Shown here: piece after piece, positions 48,821-59,398 of the stretch
Layout: each line of letters starts with the position of its first letter
Numbering within the stretch: position 1 is the first letter of the stretch
Assembly: GCA_963663385.2 (NCBI GenBank)
Contig: CAXXXD010000004.1
Span: 32,001 to 96,000, forward strand
DNA: 64,000 nucleotides
Direction of reading: 5' to 3'
Source of the DNA: Oceanispirochaeta sp.
GTDB lineage: Bacteria > Spirochaetota > Spirochaetia > DSM-2461
Program-made: the position numbers and the translations under genes
The notes under the pieces: model-generated
Databases searched by the model: none
Told to the model about the DNA's origin: nothing
The model's input: only the letters and a program-made list of their open reading frames with translations

Positions 48821-50401
48821 ATGAAGCAGGAAGCCAAGGTGAAAATATGGAAAAAACGCAAATTCGGTATGTTCATCCACTACGGACTTTATTCGATTCC
48901 AGGGGGTGTCTGGAAGGGTGAGCCGGTGACTCACGGTTACAGTGAGCAGATTTACTCCCACGGGCCCGTTGATCCTTCGGAGTATGAGGCTCTGACAAAG
49001 GAGTTTACAGCTTCGGAATTCAATCCCGGTGAAATTGTAGCCCTCGCGAAAGAAGCGGGGATGACCTATATCGTCATAGGTACCAAGCATCATGACGGGT
49101 TCTGCCTGTTCAGGACAGATACAACAGACTACAACAGCTGTAAGGCTGCGGCAGGACGGGATCTGATCGGGGAACTGGCTGCCGCGTGCCGGGAGGCGGA
49201 GCTCGGATTCGGACTGTATTTCTCCTGGATTGACTGGAACCATCCTTCAGCCCTCCCTGTATCCGATCATAATTCCGATGCGATCCCTGAAGCGCATATG
49301 GAGCTCAACAGACGGCAGGTTACGGAACTTTGTTCGAATTACGGTCCTATCTGTGAAATCTGGTTCGATATGGGAGCTCCTTCTGAAGAACAGAGCCGGG
49401 AAATGGCGTCGCTGGTGCGTCGTCTTCAGCCCGGGGCCATGATCAACGGAAGAATCTGGAACGGTCAGGAGGACTTTCTTGTTATGGGAGACAATGAAAT
49501 CCCTTCTTTCGGAATGAACTGCCCCTGGCAGACTCCCGCTTCCATCTATCACGAGACCTGGGGGTACAGAAGCTGGCAGATCCGGGATGATCTGGAGGGG
49601 AAGATCCGGGAGCAGATTCGAAATCTTGCCAGAATCAGCGCCAGGGGGGGGAATTTCCTGCTCAACATCGGACCGAAAGGGGACGGATCGATCGTTTCCT
49701 TTGAAGCGGATGTCCTAAAGGGAATCGGGCGATGGATCGGGGTACACAGGGACGCTGTTTTTTCGGTGGAACCCAGTCCCTGGGATATCTTTTCCTGGGG
49801 AGAGTGTACCCGCAGGGAGAAGACCCTGTTCGCTTTTCTGTTTTCCCCCCCCGCTGACAGGAAGATCCTTCTTCCCTGTCTGGAAACCTGTCCTGTCCGG
49901 ATAACCCTTATGGGCTACGGAGATCTTGTCGAATGGCAGCTGGATAAGGAGGGCCTTGTTATGTATCTCCCTGCTGGCGCCGGTGACGGGCCTCTTGATG
50001 TTGTGAAACTGGAATTCCCGAAAGAACCGGTTATCCGGAACGCTGCGGTTCCCCTGCCCGACAGGGGACTTCTTCCTCCGGGGCGACAAAGCCGCTCGTA
50101 TTACGGAAAGGAGTACTACTCCTACCGCTCTTTCATCAGCAGCGAGAATCTGCGGCTGGAAAACCGGAAGGACGGCGACGTCGAGTTCTATTGGGAGCTT
50201 CAGGAGCCGGCGGCGGAGGATCTGGAGCTGTCCCTGGACTGCGGCGGGCAGGTCGGGTTGTTCTCGATCTCCGCCGGAGAAACCACAGGGCCGGCTTTCC
50301 TCATCAGCGACTGGACAGCGGACGAAGAGAGGGATACGGTTCTGTCTATCCGTAAAGGATCAGGCATCCCGGAAGGTCTCCGGCTTGGAGTTCGCCGATA
50401 A
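48821..50401 (+). CDS. Alpha-L-fucosidase (GH29)
   Basis: FGMFIHYGLYS, TKHHDGFCLF, EIWFDMG (nucleophile Asp), TWGY and FLLNIGPKGDG. Confidence 0.92.
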   Translation: MKQEAKVKIWKKRKFGMFIHYGLYSIPGGVWKGEPVTHGYSEQIYSHGPVDPSEYEALTKEFTASEFNPGEIVALAKEAGMTYIVIGTKHHDGFCLFRTDTTDYNSCKAAAGRDLIGELAAACREAELGFGLYFSWIDWNHPSALPVSDHNSDAIPEAHMELNRRQVTELCSNYGPICEIWFDMGAPSEEQSREMASLVRRLQPGAMINGRIWNGQEDFLVMGDNEIPSFGMNCPWQTPASIYHETWGYRSWQIRDDLEGKIREQIRNLARISARGGNFLLNIGPKGDGSIVSFEADVLKGIGRWIGVHRDAVFSVEPSPWDIFSWGECTRREKTLFAFLFSPPADRKILLPCLETCPVRITLMGYGDLVEWQLDKEGLVMYLPAGAGDGPLDVVKLEFPKEPVIRNAAVPLPDRGLLPPGRQSRSYYGKEYYSYRSFISSENLRLENRKDGDVEFYWELQEPAAEDLELSLDCGGQVGLFSISAGETTGPAFLISDWTADEERDTVLSIRKGSGIPEGLRLGVRR

Positions 50402-50617
50402 TACCCGTGTACAGGGGGCCTCTTCCATATCAGAGAGGCCTCCTGTAGGTGTTTGTAACAAGTCATTCCCGTCTAGAGTCAGTTTTATAGAGGCGGCGTA
50501 TCTTTTTTTTAATATTTGACCTTTTTTAAAAAAACGCCCTCTCCAGTTTCTGTCAGTCGACCGGGTCTTAAAAAATGACTGTAGCGGGAAGCCCGGATCA
50601 GCCTGTTAAATATAACC

Positions 50618-51541
50618 ATGATTAAACCTATTAAGTTACAGTATCAGCTGAAACAGGCCGGAAGCCACTGGCAGCTTTATCTGATCTTCCTGTTGCCTTT
50701 CGTGTATTTTGTTCTGTTTAAGTATGTTCCCATGTATGGTCTGGTCCTGGCTTTTAAGAAGTACAGAGTGTCCAAAGGAATTCTGGGGAGCCCCTGGGTC
50801 GGACTGGACCATTTTGTACGGTTCATCCAATCACCTACAAGCCTGCAGGTGATGTATAACACCTTCATCCTGAGCCTGTATACGATTGCCGCGTCCTTTC
50901 CTCTGTCTGTTATTCTGGCGGTCGCACTGAACGAGACCAGAAATAAAACCTGGAAAAAGTCCGTTCAAATGGTTACCTACGCCCCGTATTTTATTTCAAC
51001 AGTCGTTATGGTCGCCATTCTGTTTCAGCTTCTGGATCCCCGGATCGGTATCATTAACCGCTTTCTGGAACTGACGGGGCTGGAGACAGTCAATTTTATG
51101 GGGGAAGCCACCTGGTTCCGTCACATCTACGTCTGGTCCGGAGTCTGGCAGACCACAGGGTACAATGCCATTATCTACCTGGCCGCTCTGACTTCCATCA
51201 GTCCGGAACTGTATGAAGCGGCGATTGTCGACGGGGCGAATAAAGTTCAGAAAATCCGGCATATCGATATACCCGGGATTACCCCCACCATCGTTATCAT
51301 GCTGATCCTCAATATGGGGTATGTTATGAGCGTAGGATTCGAAAAATCCTATCTGATGCAGAATCCTCTGAACCTGGAAACTGCTGAAATCATGTCCACT
51401 TATGTGTACCGGGTGGGACTCCTCAATACGGATTACAGTTTTTCCACTGCGATCGGTCTGATCAATTCCCTTATCAATCTGATTCTTATTCTGGGATTCA
51501 ATTCAATCGCCCGGAAAATGGGAGACACCAGCTTATGGTAA
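50618..51541 (+). CDS. Oligosaccharide ABC permease (LplB-like)
   Basis: KY.PMYG, SPWVGLDHF and ELYEAAIVDGA. Confidence 0.93.
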   Translation: MIKPIKLQYQLKQAGSHWQLYLIFLLPFVYFVLFKYVPMYGLVLAFKKYRVSKGILGSPWVGLDHFVRFIQSPTSLQVMYNTFILSLYTIAASFPLSVILAVALNETRNKTWKKSVQMVTYAPYFISTVVMVAILFQLLDPRIGIINRFLELTGLETVNFMGEATWFRHIYVWSGVWQTTGYNAIIYLAALTSISPELYEAAIVDGANKVQKIRHIDIPGITPTIVIMLILNMGYVMSVGFEKSYLMQNPLNLETAEIMSTYVYRVGLLNTDYSFSTAIGLINSLINLILILGFNSIARKMGDTSLW

Positions 51542-52431
51542 AACTGAAAAAAAAGCAGCTGAAAGCCGACCGGACATTCGATTTTGTCAATAATCTGTTT
51601 CTGGGATTCTGTTTCCTGGTTGTGGCGTATCCTCTGATCTATATCATCAGTGCCTCCTTCAGCAATGCCCAGGCTGTTATTTCCCGGAAGGTTTGGCTGT
51701 GGCCTGTTGATTTTGACCTTGAGGCCTACAGGGCCATCTTCAAGAATAAGCAGATTGGAGCAGGATATTTGAACTCCTTTTTCTATGTGGTCCTCGGGAC
51801 TTCCCTGAGTGTGTTCCTCACTATCCTTGCGGCCTATCCTCTTTCGAGAAAGGAGTTTATAGGACGGAATGTTTTCATGGGGTTCATTCTTTTCACCATG
51901 CTCTTCTCCGGCGGTCTTATTCCCCTGTATCTGCTGGTTAAAAATCTGGGACTCCGGGATACACGCTGGGCCATGGTGCTGCCCAATGCCATAGGAGTCT
52001 GGAACGTCATTGTCGCCAGGACTTTCCTCCAGAATACCATCGGTGACGAGCTTTATGACGCCGCTCAGATCGACGGGTGCAATGACCTGCGGTTTCTGTT
52101 TCAGATGGTCTTTCCCCTGTCGGGTTCCATCATTGCCGTTATGACTCTGTTCTATGCCGTGTGGATCTGGAATTCCTACTTCGATGCCCTGATCTATCTG
52201 GATTCCCAGAAACTCTTTCCCCTCCAGATCGTTCTCAGGAATATCCTGATTATGAATCAGGTGGATATTTCCATGATGAACGATATAGAGGCTTTGGCAC
52301 GGAAGCAGGGAATGGCGGAAATCATCAAATATGCGCTGATTGTGGTGGCGAGTATTCCGCTTTTAACTATCTATCCTTTTGTTCAGAAGTACTTCATAAA
52401 AGGTGTGATGGTGGGATCGGTAAAAGGCTGA
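51535..52431 (+). CDS. Oligosaccharide ABC permease (LplC-like)
   Basis: AAYPLSR, FSGGLIP, DAAQIDG and YPFVQKYF.KG..GSVKG. Confidence 0.93.
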   Translation: MVKLKKKQLKADRTFDFVNNLFLGFCFLVVAYPLIYIISASFSNAQAVISRKVWLWPVDFDLEAYRAIFKNKQIGAGYLNSFFYVVLGTSLSVFLTILAAYPLSRKEFIGRNVFMGFILFTMLFSGGLIPLYLLVKNLGLRDTRWAMVLPNAIGVWNVIVARTFLQNTIGDELYDAAQIDGCNDLRFLFQMVFPLSGSIIAVMTLFYAVWIWNSYFDALIYLDSQKLFPLQIVLRNILIMNQVDISMMNDIEALARKQGMAEIIKYALIVVASIPLLTIYPFVQKYFIKGVMVGSVKG

Positions 52432-52486
52432 TTGGACTCCTATGGAGTATCAGAATAAAAGGGGGATTTCCCCAAGGAGTGTAAAT

Positions 52487-54157
52487 ATGAAAAGGATTTT
52501 ATTCGGAGTTCTGCTGCTGGCCTGCGCAATCGCGGCCTATGCGGGGGGACAGCAGGAGACTGTGACCGCTGAAGTGGCTTACACGGAACCGGGAGTCTTC
52601 CCTATTACAGAGACGCCGGTCGAGCTGACTTTCATGGTCTCCCAGGCCACCTGTGTGGAAGATTACAACAGTAATGAATTCTCAGGCTACATGGAAGAGA
52701 TGACCAATGTGAAGATCAACTGGTCCATGGTTCCCGAACAGTCGCGGAAAGAAAAACTCAGTCTTGTTCTGGCCAGCGGGGACTATCCCGATGTTTTCTT
52801 CGGTTTTGATATGTCCGTAGACCAGGAAACGACCTACGGTATGGAGGAAGGGCTGCTGCTGCCTCTGAACAGTTATATTGATTCGGTTATGCCTAATCTG
52901 CAGAAAGTTTTTAAGGATAACCCCGAATACAGGGGCCTGATCACCAGCACCGACGGCAATATCTACTCTCTGCCCCAGCTGCAGGAGTGCTACCACTGCG
53001 GGAATTCACAGAAAATGTGGATCTATTATCCTTTTGTCGAAGCATTGGGTCTGGATATCCCCGAAACTACAGAAGAGTTCTATGACTTTCTTGTTGCTCT
53101 GAGAGATAACGACCCCAACGGCAACGGCAAAGCCGACGAAATCCCTCTGGCAGGATCTATCCGGGGCTGGAGAGATCAGGTGGAGATGTTTCTGATCAAC
53201 TCATTCCTGTATTGCGATCTGGATACCAATATCGAGGCTGATGCGGAGCAGAATGTCGGTTTCTTTCTGGATAAAGGCCGGATCGATACCAGCCTCAACA
53301 AGGATGCCTACCGGGATGCTCTGCGTTATCTGCATCGCCTGTATGAGGAAGGGCTGCTGTACGAAGGTTCCTTTTCTCAGGATAGTGCACAGCTGACTCA
53401 GCTTGTGGAAAGTTCAGAGGAGCCCACAATCGGATTCGCCGCAGGCGGATGGAGAGGTATGTTTTCTTCCTACGATAGCGAACGGTTCCGGAATTTCCGG
53501 GCGATTGCTCCTCTGGAGGGACCAAAGGGCGAGCGGAATGCGGTAAACTATCTTCAGTCTCCTGCAATCGGTAACTTTGTTGTCTCTTCGTCAACGAAAC
53601 ATCCTGAAGCGGCTCTCCGCTGGGCGGATTATCTCTACTCGACCGAAGGGACTCTCCAGCTGCGCCATGGATTCGAGGGGCAGGCCTGGCGATGGGCAGA
53701 CAAGGGCGAGCTGGGTCTGGACGGTAATCCCGCAATCTGGGACACCCTTATCCCCTGGAACGACAAGGATCCCCAGAATGTCACCTATAAGGGAGGCGGT
53801 GTTTTTGCAGAAAATAATGCGTTCCGTCTGGGCAAGGCCGTGAAGGGCGGTGTGGATTATTACAGCGGCGATAACGTCGAAAAACTTCTGTATGATGCCA
53901 CTCTGAATCTCTACAAGCCCTATGCCGACAACTCAAAGGAAATCCCCACCCTGAGGTATACGGCGGAAGAGCAGGCTGATTATGCAACCATGAAGTCCGA
54001 ATACGCAAAATTTGTCCGTCAGGCTTCGGTCAAGTTTATTGTCGGCGTTATGGATATCGAGGCTGACTGGGATCAGTACCTGAAAGATCTGGAAAAGCTG
54101 GGACTCAGCGATCTGATTGTTCTCAGGCAGACTGCCTACGATCGTCAGTTTAAATAA
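52487..54157 (+). CDS. Oligosaccharide ABC substrate-binding protein (LplA-like)
   Basis: Start at ATG 52487 after AAGGAG; AYAGGQQE; LASGDYPD, DGNIYSLP and DPNGNGKADEIP. Confidence 0.9.
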   Translation: MKRILFGVLLLACAIAAYAGGQQETVTAEVAYTEPGVFPITETPVELTFMVSQATCVEDYNSNEFSGYMEEMTNVKINWSMVPEQSRKEKLSLVLASGDYPDVFFGFDMSVDQETTYGMEEGLLLPLNSYIDSVMPNLQKVFKDNPEYRGLITSTDGNIYSLPQLQECYHCGNSQKMWIYYPFVEALGLDIPETTEEFYDFLVALRDNDPNGNGKADEIPLAGSIRGWRDQVEMFLINSFLYCDLDTNIEADAEQNVGFFLDKGRIDTSLNKDAYRDALRYLHRLYEEGLLYEGSFSQDSAQLTQLVESSEEPTIGFAAGGWRGMFSSYDSERFRNFRAIAPLEGPKGERNAVNYLQSPAIGNFVVSSSTKHPEAALRWADYLYSTEGTLQLRHGFEGQAWRWADKGELGLDGNPAIWDTLIPWNDKDPQNVTYKGGGVFAENNAFRLGKAVKGGVDYYSGDNVEKLLYDATLNLYKPYADNSKEIPTLRYTAEEQADYATMKSEYAKFVRQASVKFIVGVMDIEADWDQYLKDLEKLGLSDLIVLRQTAYDRQFK

Positions 54158-54165
54158 AACTGACT

Positions 54166-54205
54166 GAAGGTTGGGCCATCTGTAAATACCGGATGGCCCT
54201 CCTTC
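54166..54205 (+). terminator. Stem-loop after the SBP gene
   Basis: GAAGG-tt-GGGCCATC...GATGGCCC-t-CCTTC inverted repeat; weak U-tract. Confidence 0.5.
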
Positions 54206-54232
54206 TGGTAATATGCTAAAATTACCGGATTT

Positions 54233-56461
54233 ATGCTGTTGAAAAGAACAACGTTCAAACACTCCAGGAACCTCCTGATCGGTTACCTTCTGCTGCTCTC
54301 ATTTTCTTTCCTGATCATATTCTTTGTTCAGAGGCATACCTATGGCGTTCTGGAAGAAAACATACGGGAGCGAAACCGGAACGCACTGGAACAGACGGGG
54401 TATCTTCTCGATCAGTATATGATCGAGGTGAAGCGTCAGTCGCTTCTGCTGATGGCGGATCCCCTGATTGACGATTTTCTGAACCTTCCGTCTCTGAAAA
54501 GAGGGGATCCGGACATTCAGACGGTTATCGACGCCTCCTCTCTGCTGAATTCCTATAAGGCGCTGAACCCTTTTATCAGTGAAGTGTATATCTATTCAGG
54601 AACCAGCAGCTATCTGCTCTCTTCCTCCAATGCCTACCTCTATCCGGAGAAAGTGTATGAAAAAGCTGTCGCCTTCGAGGGATATTCCTACAGACAGTGG
54701 CTGCACAGCATACTGAAGGAGAAACACAATAACGAATATATTCCGGCTCTTCATGCCCGGGTTAACGGTGTCTCCCTGTCAGTGATCCCCTATCTGCGCT
54801 CCCTCCCTCTGGATTACCCGTTTATCAACTCGGGAAAGATGATCCTTTTGCTCAACGAAGGCATGATCCGTACCATTCTGGAGGATCTGGCCATTGGACC
54901 ACAGGGGAGGGTATTTCTTGCGGATTACAGCGGGCAGATTCTGACCAGCGCCGGCAATCCGTCTCTTCCGGAGATCTCCCTCCTCCCCAATCTGGTAGAA
55001 GGGAAAGAGGAGGTTTCTTTTCCGGACGGTGAAGAGTATCTGTTCTTTTCATCCCGTACCGCTCAATCGGGCTGGATTCTCACCTACCTCCTGCCGCGTA
55101 AGGCGTTAAAGGATCACATCAGCCTGTTGTGGACTATATACGGTTTTATCTCGTTAATCATACTGTTCTGTACCGCCGGTTATTCCCTGTTTATTATCCT
55201 GACGGATATGAACCACTGGAAAGATATTCAGAACCTTATGGGAGGCTCCGGCAGTTATGAGGAGCTGAGGGATAAGCTTCACCAAATGAGCAACCGGGTA
55301 AACCGGGTGCTGCAGGAGGACGGTTCCGGATCATCGGATCTGGAGAGAATCTTTCTTTACCGCCTGTTCTCCGGAAACTTTATCGACAGAGAAGACCCGG
55401 TACGGATGGCCCGGAGCCTTCAGATTCCTCTGGGAGAGGGACCCTTTCAGGTTTTCTCCGTGGAACTGCGGGGACAGGATGAAATACAGATCAATGAAGA
55501 GACTGTAACGGATATGCGCTTTGCCCGTATATTCTTTCGCAAAACTCTGAATGATATTCTGGATTCCCGCTATATGATTCTTCTGGAGGACAGTCACAGT
55601 TCTTCGATTCTGGCCTGGGACTGTCCGGAAAAACTGAAGATCCTGGCAGATCGCCTGTATCTCCTGCTGGCCGGTTCTCTGCCTATGGATGTCTATTGCG
55701 GTACGGGAGATTCCCGAAGTGATCTTTTTGACGTCAGTGCTTCCTATCGTGAAAGCCGGGCCTCTCTGGACGCCCAGATCAACCAGGGCGAGCCGGGAAT
55801 CCGGAAATATTCGGAACTGTCGGAACAGGACCACTCCTACTTTTATCCCATCGATGCGGAAAACCAGCTGATCAATCTTACCCTGAATGGCGATGCCGCC
55901 CAGGCTCTGCGGATGATGGACTCCCTTCTGGCCCAGAATCTTAGAGACCGATCTCTGGATGTTGAAGCCAGAAAAGCGTTTTTTCATGCTATGGCGGGAA
56001 CTCTGAACCGCATTAAAAACCGGCTTTCCGATAATCCGGAAATTCTGGCTCTTTCGTTGAAGAGCGCTGCGGATGAAGGAGAGGTCCGACGGGTGTTCTC
56101 CGAATTCTGCCGGATTATCGGAGAATTGCGAACGAATCGGAACGAACAGCTTAAATCAGCACTCATCCGTTATCTGGATGAGCATTATCCGGACCCTGAT
56201 CTGACCCTTTTTACAATTGCCCGGGAGTTCGGCTACCGGGAAAGTCAGCTTTACTATTTTTTCAATAACAACTTCCGTATCAGCTTTGCCCAGTACCTGG
56301 AAAGGCTCAGGCTGGATGCGGCTGTCCGTTTACTGCAGGAAAATCGTTCGTATTCCATCAATGAAATTGCTCTGAAGGCGGGGTATGCCAATACACAGAC
56401 CTTCAGGAGGGCATTCAAGAAACGTATGGGAACAACCCCTTCGGATTACAGGGAAAAGTGA
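54233..56461 (+). CDS. Membrane-anchored AraC regulator with extracytoplasmic Cache-like domain (YesS-like)
   Basis: Two TM segments flanking a sensor domain; C-terminal EIALKAGYANTQTFRRAFKK.MGTTP HTH. Confidence 0.85.
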   Translation: MLLKRTTFKHSRNLLIGYLLLLSFSFLIIFFVQRHTYGVLEENIRERNRNALEQTGYLLDQYMIEVKRQSLLLMADPLIDDFLNLPSLKRGDPDIQTVIDASSLLNSYKALNPFISEVYIYSGTSSYLLSSSNAYLYPEKVYEKAVAFEGYSYRQWLHSILKEKHNNEYIPALHARVNGVSLSVIPYLRSLPLDYPFINSGKMILLLNEGMIRTILEDLAIGPQGRVFLADYSGQILTSAGNPSLPEISLLPNLVEGKEEVSFPDGEEYLFFSSRTAQSGWILTYLLPRKALKDHISLLWTIYGFISLIILFCTAGYSLFIILTDMNHWKDIQNLMGGSGSYEELRDKLHQMSNRVNRVLQEDGSGSSDLERIFLYRLFSGNFIDREDPVRMARSLQIPLGEGPFQVFSVELRGQDEIQINEETVTDMRFARIFFRKTLNDILDSRYMILLEDSHSSSILAWDCPEKLKILADRLYLLLAGSLPMDVYCGTGDSRSDLFDVSASYRESRASLDAQINQGEPGIRKYSELSEQDHSYFYPIDAENQLINLTLNGDAAQALRMMDSLLAQNLRDRSLDVEARKAFFHAMAGTLNRIKNRLSDNPEILALSLKSAADEGEVRRVFSEFCRIIGELRTNRNEQLKSALIRYLDEHYPDPDLTLFTIAREFGYRESQLYYFFNNNFRISFAQYLERLRLDAAVRLLQENRSYSINEIALKAGYANTQTFRRAFKKRMGTTPSDYREK

Positions 56462-56495
56462 AGACGCTTCAGGGTGGCATTATAGGGGACGGGTA

Positions 56496-57383
56496 TCAGT
56501 CTTTGCACTGCTGAAGGATCCGGCAGCTGTTGCGGTAGTCCCGGGGACTGACTCCGGACCATTTCCTGTATAGATTTGAAAAATGTACGGGGGATGTGAA
56601 GCCCAGACTCCAGGCGATATCCTTAACGGGCCTGGCTGTGGTTTTCAAAAGATCCCCGGCCTTCTCGAGTTTGATCTGAATCATGTACTGATGGGGCCCC
56701 ACCCCCATCTCTTTTTTAAATACCCTGCTCAGGTGTTCCCGGGAGACATGGACGGCTTCCGCCAGTTCGCTGACGGATAAAACATAATCTTCCCGGGAAC
56801 CGATAAAACGCAGGGTCTCTTCCAGCAAAGCTTTATCGCTTGTAGACGGTTCCGCCTGTTCCCTGCTCCTGATCAGCTGGTACAGGAGTTCCGAAGCCAA
56901 ACCTGCATTTTCCACAGAAGAAAGAGTCCGCCGCCGCGCCTCGCCGCTCCGGTAGCTTCTCAATCTGGCAATGACACCGGTTGTCCGGGGTATTCTGAAC
57001 ACATATCCGAACCGGCGGTTTATCTCACGCGCCATTTCGCAGGATGCCTCCGATTTGAGGTTGCACCAAAGAACTCTCTGGGTATTTTCTATACCCGCCG
57101 GCTGGTAGTAGCAGTAGTTCCGGTCATCGGAAGGGATAAGGAAGCCCATGCCGGGAAGAAGTTCATGGCTCTCCGTTCCCGTTTCAAAAATGCCTTTCCC
57201 CTCCAGGGTATACTGGAAGATGACGGGGGAGTCTTCACAGGAAGTCTGAAAGCGCCGGGCGTTCCAGCGGTAAAGGCTGCTGTGAATCGTGCTTTCGCAG
57301 ACATTCAGAAGTCGAGGCAGCGTTTCCAGAGGCATCAGGGTGTCGAAATACATTTCCCAATGATTGGTTACTATATCACACAT
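56496..57383 (-). CDS. AraC-family transcriptional regulator
   Basis: FQYTLEGKG cupin; VSREHLSRVFKKEMG...KDIAWSLGF.SPVHFS. Confidence 0.9.
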   Translation of the reverse strand: MCDIVTNHWEMYFDTLMPLETLPRLLNVCESTIHSSLYRWNARRFQTSCEDSPVIFQYTLEGKGIFETGTESHELLPGMGFLIPSDDRNYCYYQPAGIENTQRVLWCNLKSEASCEMAREINRRFGYVFRIPRTTGVIARLRSYRSGEARRRTLSSVENAGLASELLYQLIRSREQAEPSTSDKALLEETLRFIGSREDYVLSVSELAEAVHVSREHLSRVFKKEMGVGPHQYMIQIKLEKAGDLLKTTARPVKDIAWSLGFTSPVHFSNLYRKWSGVSPRDYRNSCRILQQCKD

Positions 57384-57487
57384 AGTAAATAAATATCATA
57401 AATTGGGGACTGGTTTCAATGATGAGGTAGTGGAATAATATACAGAGTAGTGTTTAAGCTGTATTTTCTGAACAATGAGAGGGAATC

Positions 57488-58747
57488 ATGAGTATCACAA
57501 ATAATGATGTTATCTATTTACGGGAGCTGGCAAAAAAATATCTGGAGTATGCCGGAGACAAGGTTATGGAGGAGAGAACCGGGCTCTGGTACGCCCATAA
57601 CCGTTTGGAAGGGAAAAGGCCTCTGGTTGTCATGGAGAACTGCACGTTCAATGCGGAGATGCTTCCTCCGCTTCGTTGTTCCGGTAAAGAGGCCAGGATC
57701 ATCGAAGAGGTTCTGGTTGAAGCTATAACGAATTATGAATTGATCGGTGACGACAAGGTAATATCCCCCTGTTTCCCTCTGGTAAGACCCATAGAACATA
57801 TTCCCTTCGGCGGGGTGTTACAGCGTATTTTCTCAGAAGACGACCGGGGCCGTGAGCTGGGTTATGCCGATATCCCGGTCATAACGGATCTCGTTGAGGA
57901 TGTGGAAACCCTGAAACCCTCCCGCTATTCTACGGACCAGTCAGCCTTTGAAGAGTTGAAACGGATCGTCGAGGACTGTCTTGAGGGAATTCTGCCGGTG
58001 GTTGTAAAAAACCACTCCCTGCACTGGCACATTATGCCCAGCAAATATCTGGTGGATCTGATGGGGATGGAGAGGATGATGTTTGCCATGATCGACTATC
58101 CCGAAGAGCTGCACCGGCTTTTGAATTTCATCAAGGAGGATATTCTCGCTTATCTCCGGTGGCAGGAATCCGAAGATCTTCTGACCCTGAACAACGGGAA
58201 TGATTATGCCGGTTCCGGAAGTTACGGGTTTTCTGATCAGCTGCCCCGGCGGTCCCTCTCTCCGGAGAGCTCCGTGGAAACCGGAGATCTGTGGGGGAAT
58301 ATGAATTCCCAGGAATCGGTAGGAATCTCCCCGGAAATGTACGGTGAGTTCTTTTTCCCCGTCTACCGGGAACTGGCCCGGGAGTTCGGTTATATCTATT
58401 ACGGCTGCTGTGAAGCGGTGGACGACGTGTGGGAGGCGTATCTCAGCCGCATTCCCAATCTGAAAAAGGTCTCCGTGTCACCCTGGAGCGATGTCTGGAA
58501 GATGGGAGAGTTTCTGAGGGGGGGAACGACGATCTTCTCCCGAAAACCCAGTCCCAATTTTATCGGGGTGGGCCGTGATCTGGATGAGGAAGCCTTCAGG
58601 GCCCATATTTCCGAGTCCCTGCTGGCGGCGAAAGGAACCACCATGGAGATTATCTTCAGGGATATCTATACCCTTGAGGGAAACCGGTCCAAGCCGGGCC
58701 GGGCGGTGGAGATTGTACGGGAATTGATTGATTCCCTTTGGTCCTAG
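57488..58747 (+). CDS. Uncharacterised URO-D-fold-like protein
   Basis: LRELAKKY, QE..GISPEM..EF, YYGCCE, KVSVSPW and SRKPSP. Confidence 0.65.
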   Translation: MSITNNDVIYLRELAKKYLEYAGDKVMEERTGLWYAHNRLEGKRPLVVMENCTFNAEMLPPLRCSGKEARIIEEVLVEAITNYELIGDDKVISPCFPLVRPIEHIPFGGVLQRIFSEDDRGRELGYADIPVITDLVEDVETLKPSRYSTDQSAFEELKRIVEDCLEGILPVVVKNHSLHWHIMPSKYLVDLMGMERMMFAMIDYPEELHRLLNFIKEDILAYLRWQESEDLLTLNNGNDYAGSGSYGFSDQLPRRSLSPESSVETGDLWGNMNSQESVGISPEMYGEFFFPVYRELAREFGYIYYGCCEAVDDVWEAYLSRIPNLKKVSVSPWSDVWKMGEFLRGGTTIFSRKPSPNFIGVGRDLDEEAFRAHISESLLAAKGTTMEIIFRDIYTLEGNRSKPGRAVEIVRELIDSLWS

Positions 58748-58879
58748 CCCTGGTTCGGAGTAGTAAAGAATAAACAACTGAGGACAATAGCCTTGAGTAT
58801 GTTCAAGGCTGGGTAAGGAAGAGACTATCGTTTACTGTACAGATTTAAAAGTACTTGATTACACACAAGTTCTTCTCTT

Positions 58880-59249
58880 TCATCTCAATGCATTATATGA
58901 ATCTGCCGGTGCGGTGATCCTTGCGGAAAGCGGAATCTCGGAACCGGAGAAACCGTTGGGGTATCCGGAACCGTTAAATTTTTCCTGATGACAATGAGCT
59001 ATTTCCGCGGCCATTTCCATTAAAGGACGATCCTTCAGGAAACCTAAGGTAGTATGAGGTTTCTTTATCCCGCGCTTCGGTGAGGTCCGCTATCGCCATA
59101 ATTGTCTGAAATCGAATCTCTTTTTCCTTCAGGTACCGGCTGGATATATCTATGGGGTATCCAATAATTGATGTTATTTCACCAGCCTCGTTATTAGCTG
59201 TTTTTACATACAGATGAACCCTGAGAATTTCACCGGACTTTATTCTGTT
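58880..59249 (-). pseudogene. PAS/PAC-HD-GYP phosphodiesterase remnant
   Basis: Minus strand reads ...GEITSIIGYPIDIS...MAIADLTEARDKET, then after a frame change AEIAHCHQEKFNGSGYPNGFSGSEIPLSARITAPADSYNALR*; the HD-motif segment is absent. Confidence 0.75.
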
Positions 59250-59398
59250 TTGTAACTATCCAGAGTAAAATGGAGTCTATAACTATTCTGAAAAATGATA
59301 GATTAAAACATTACTTCTATGATAATAATTATTATTGATAAAATGCAGTTTGCACAAACAGGATTTATCTGACACACTTAAGGATAAAGGACGGTCAT

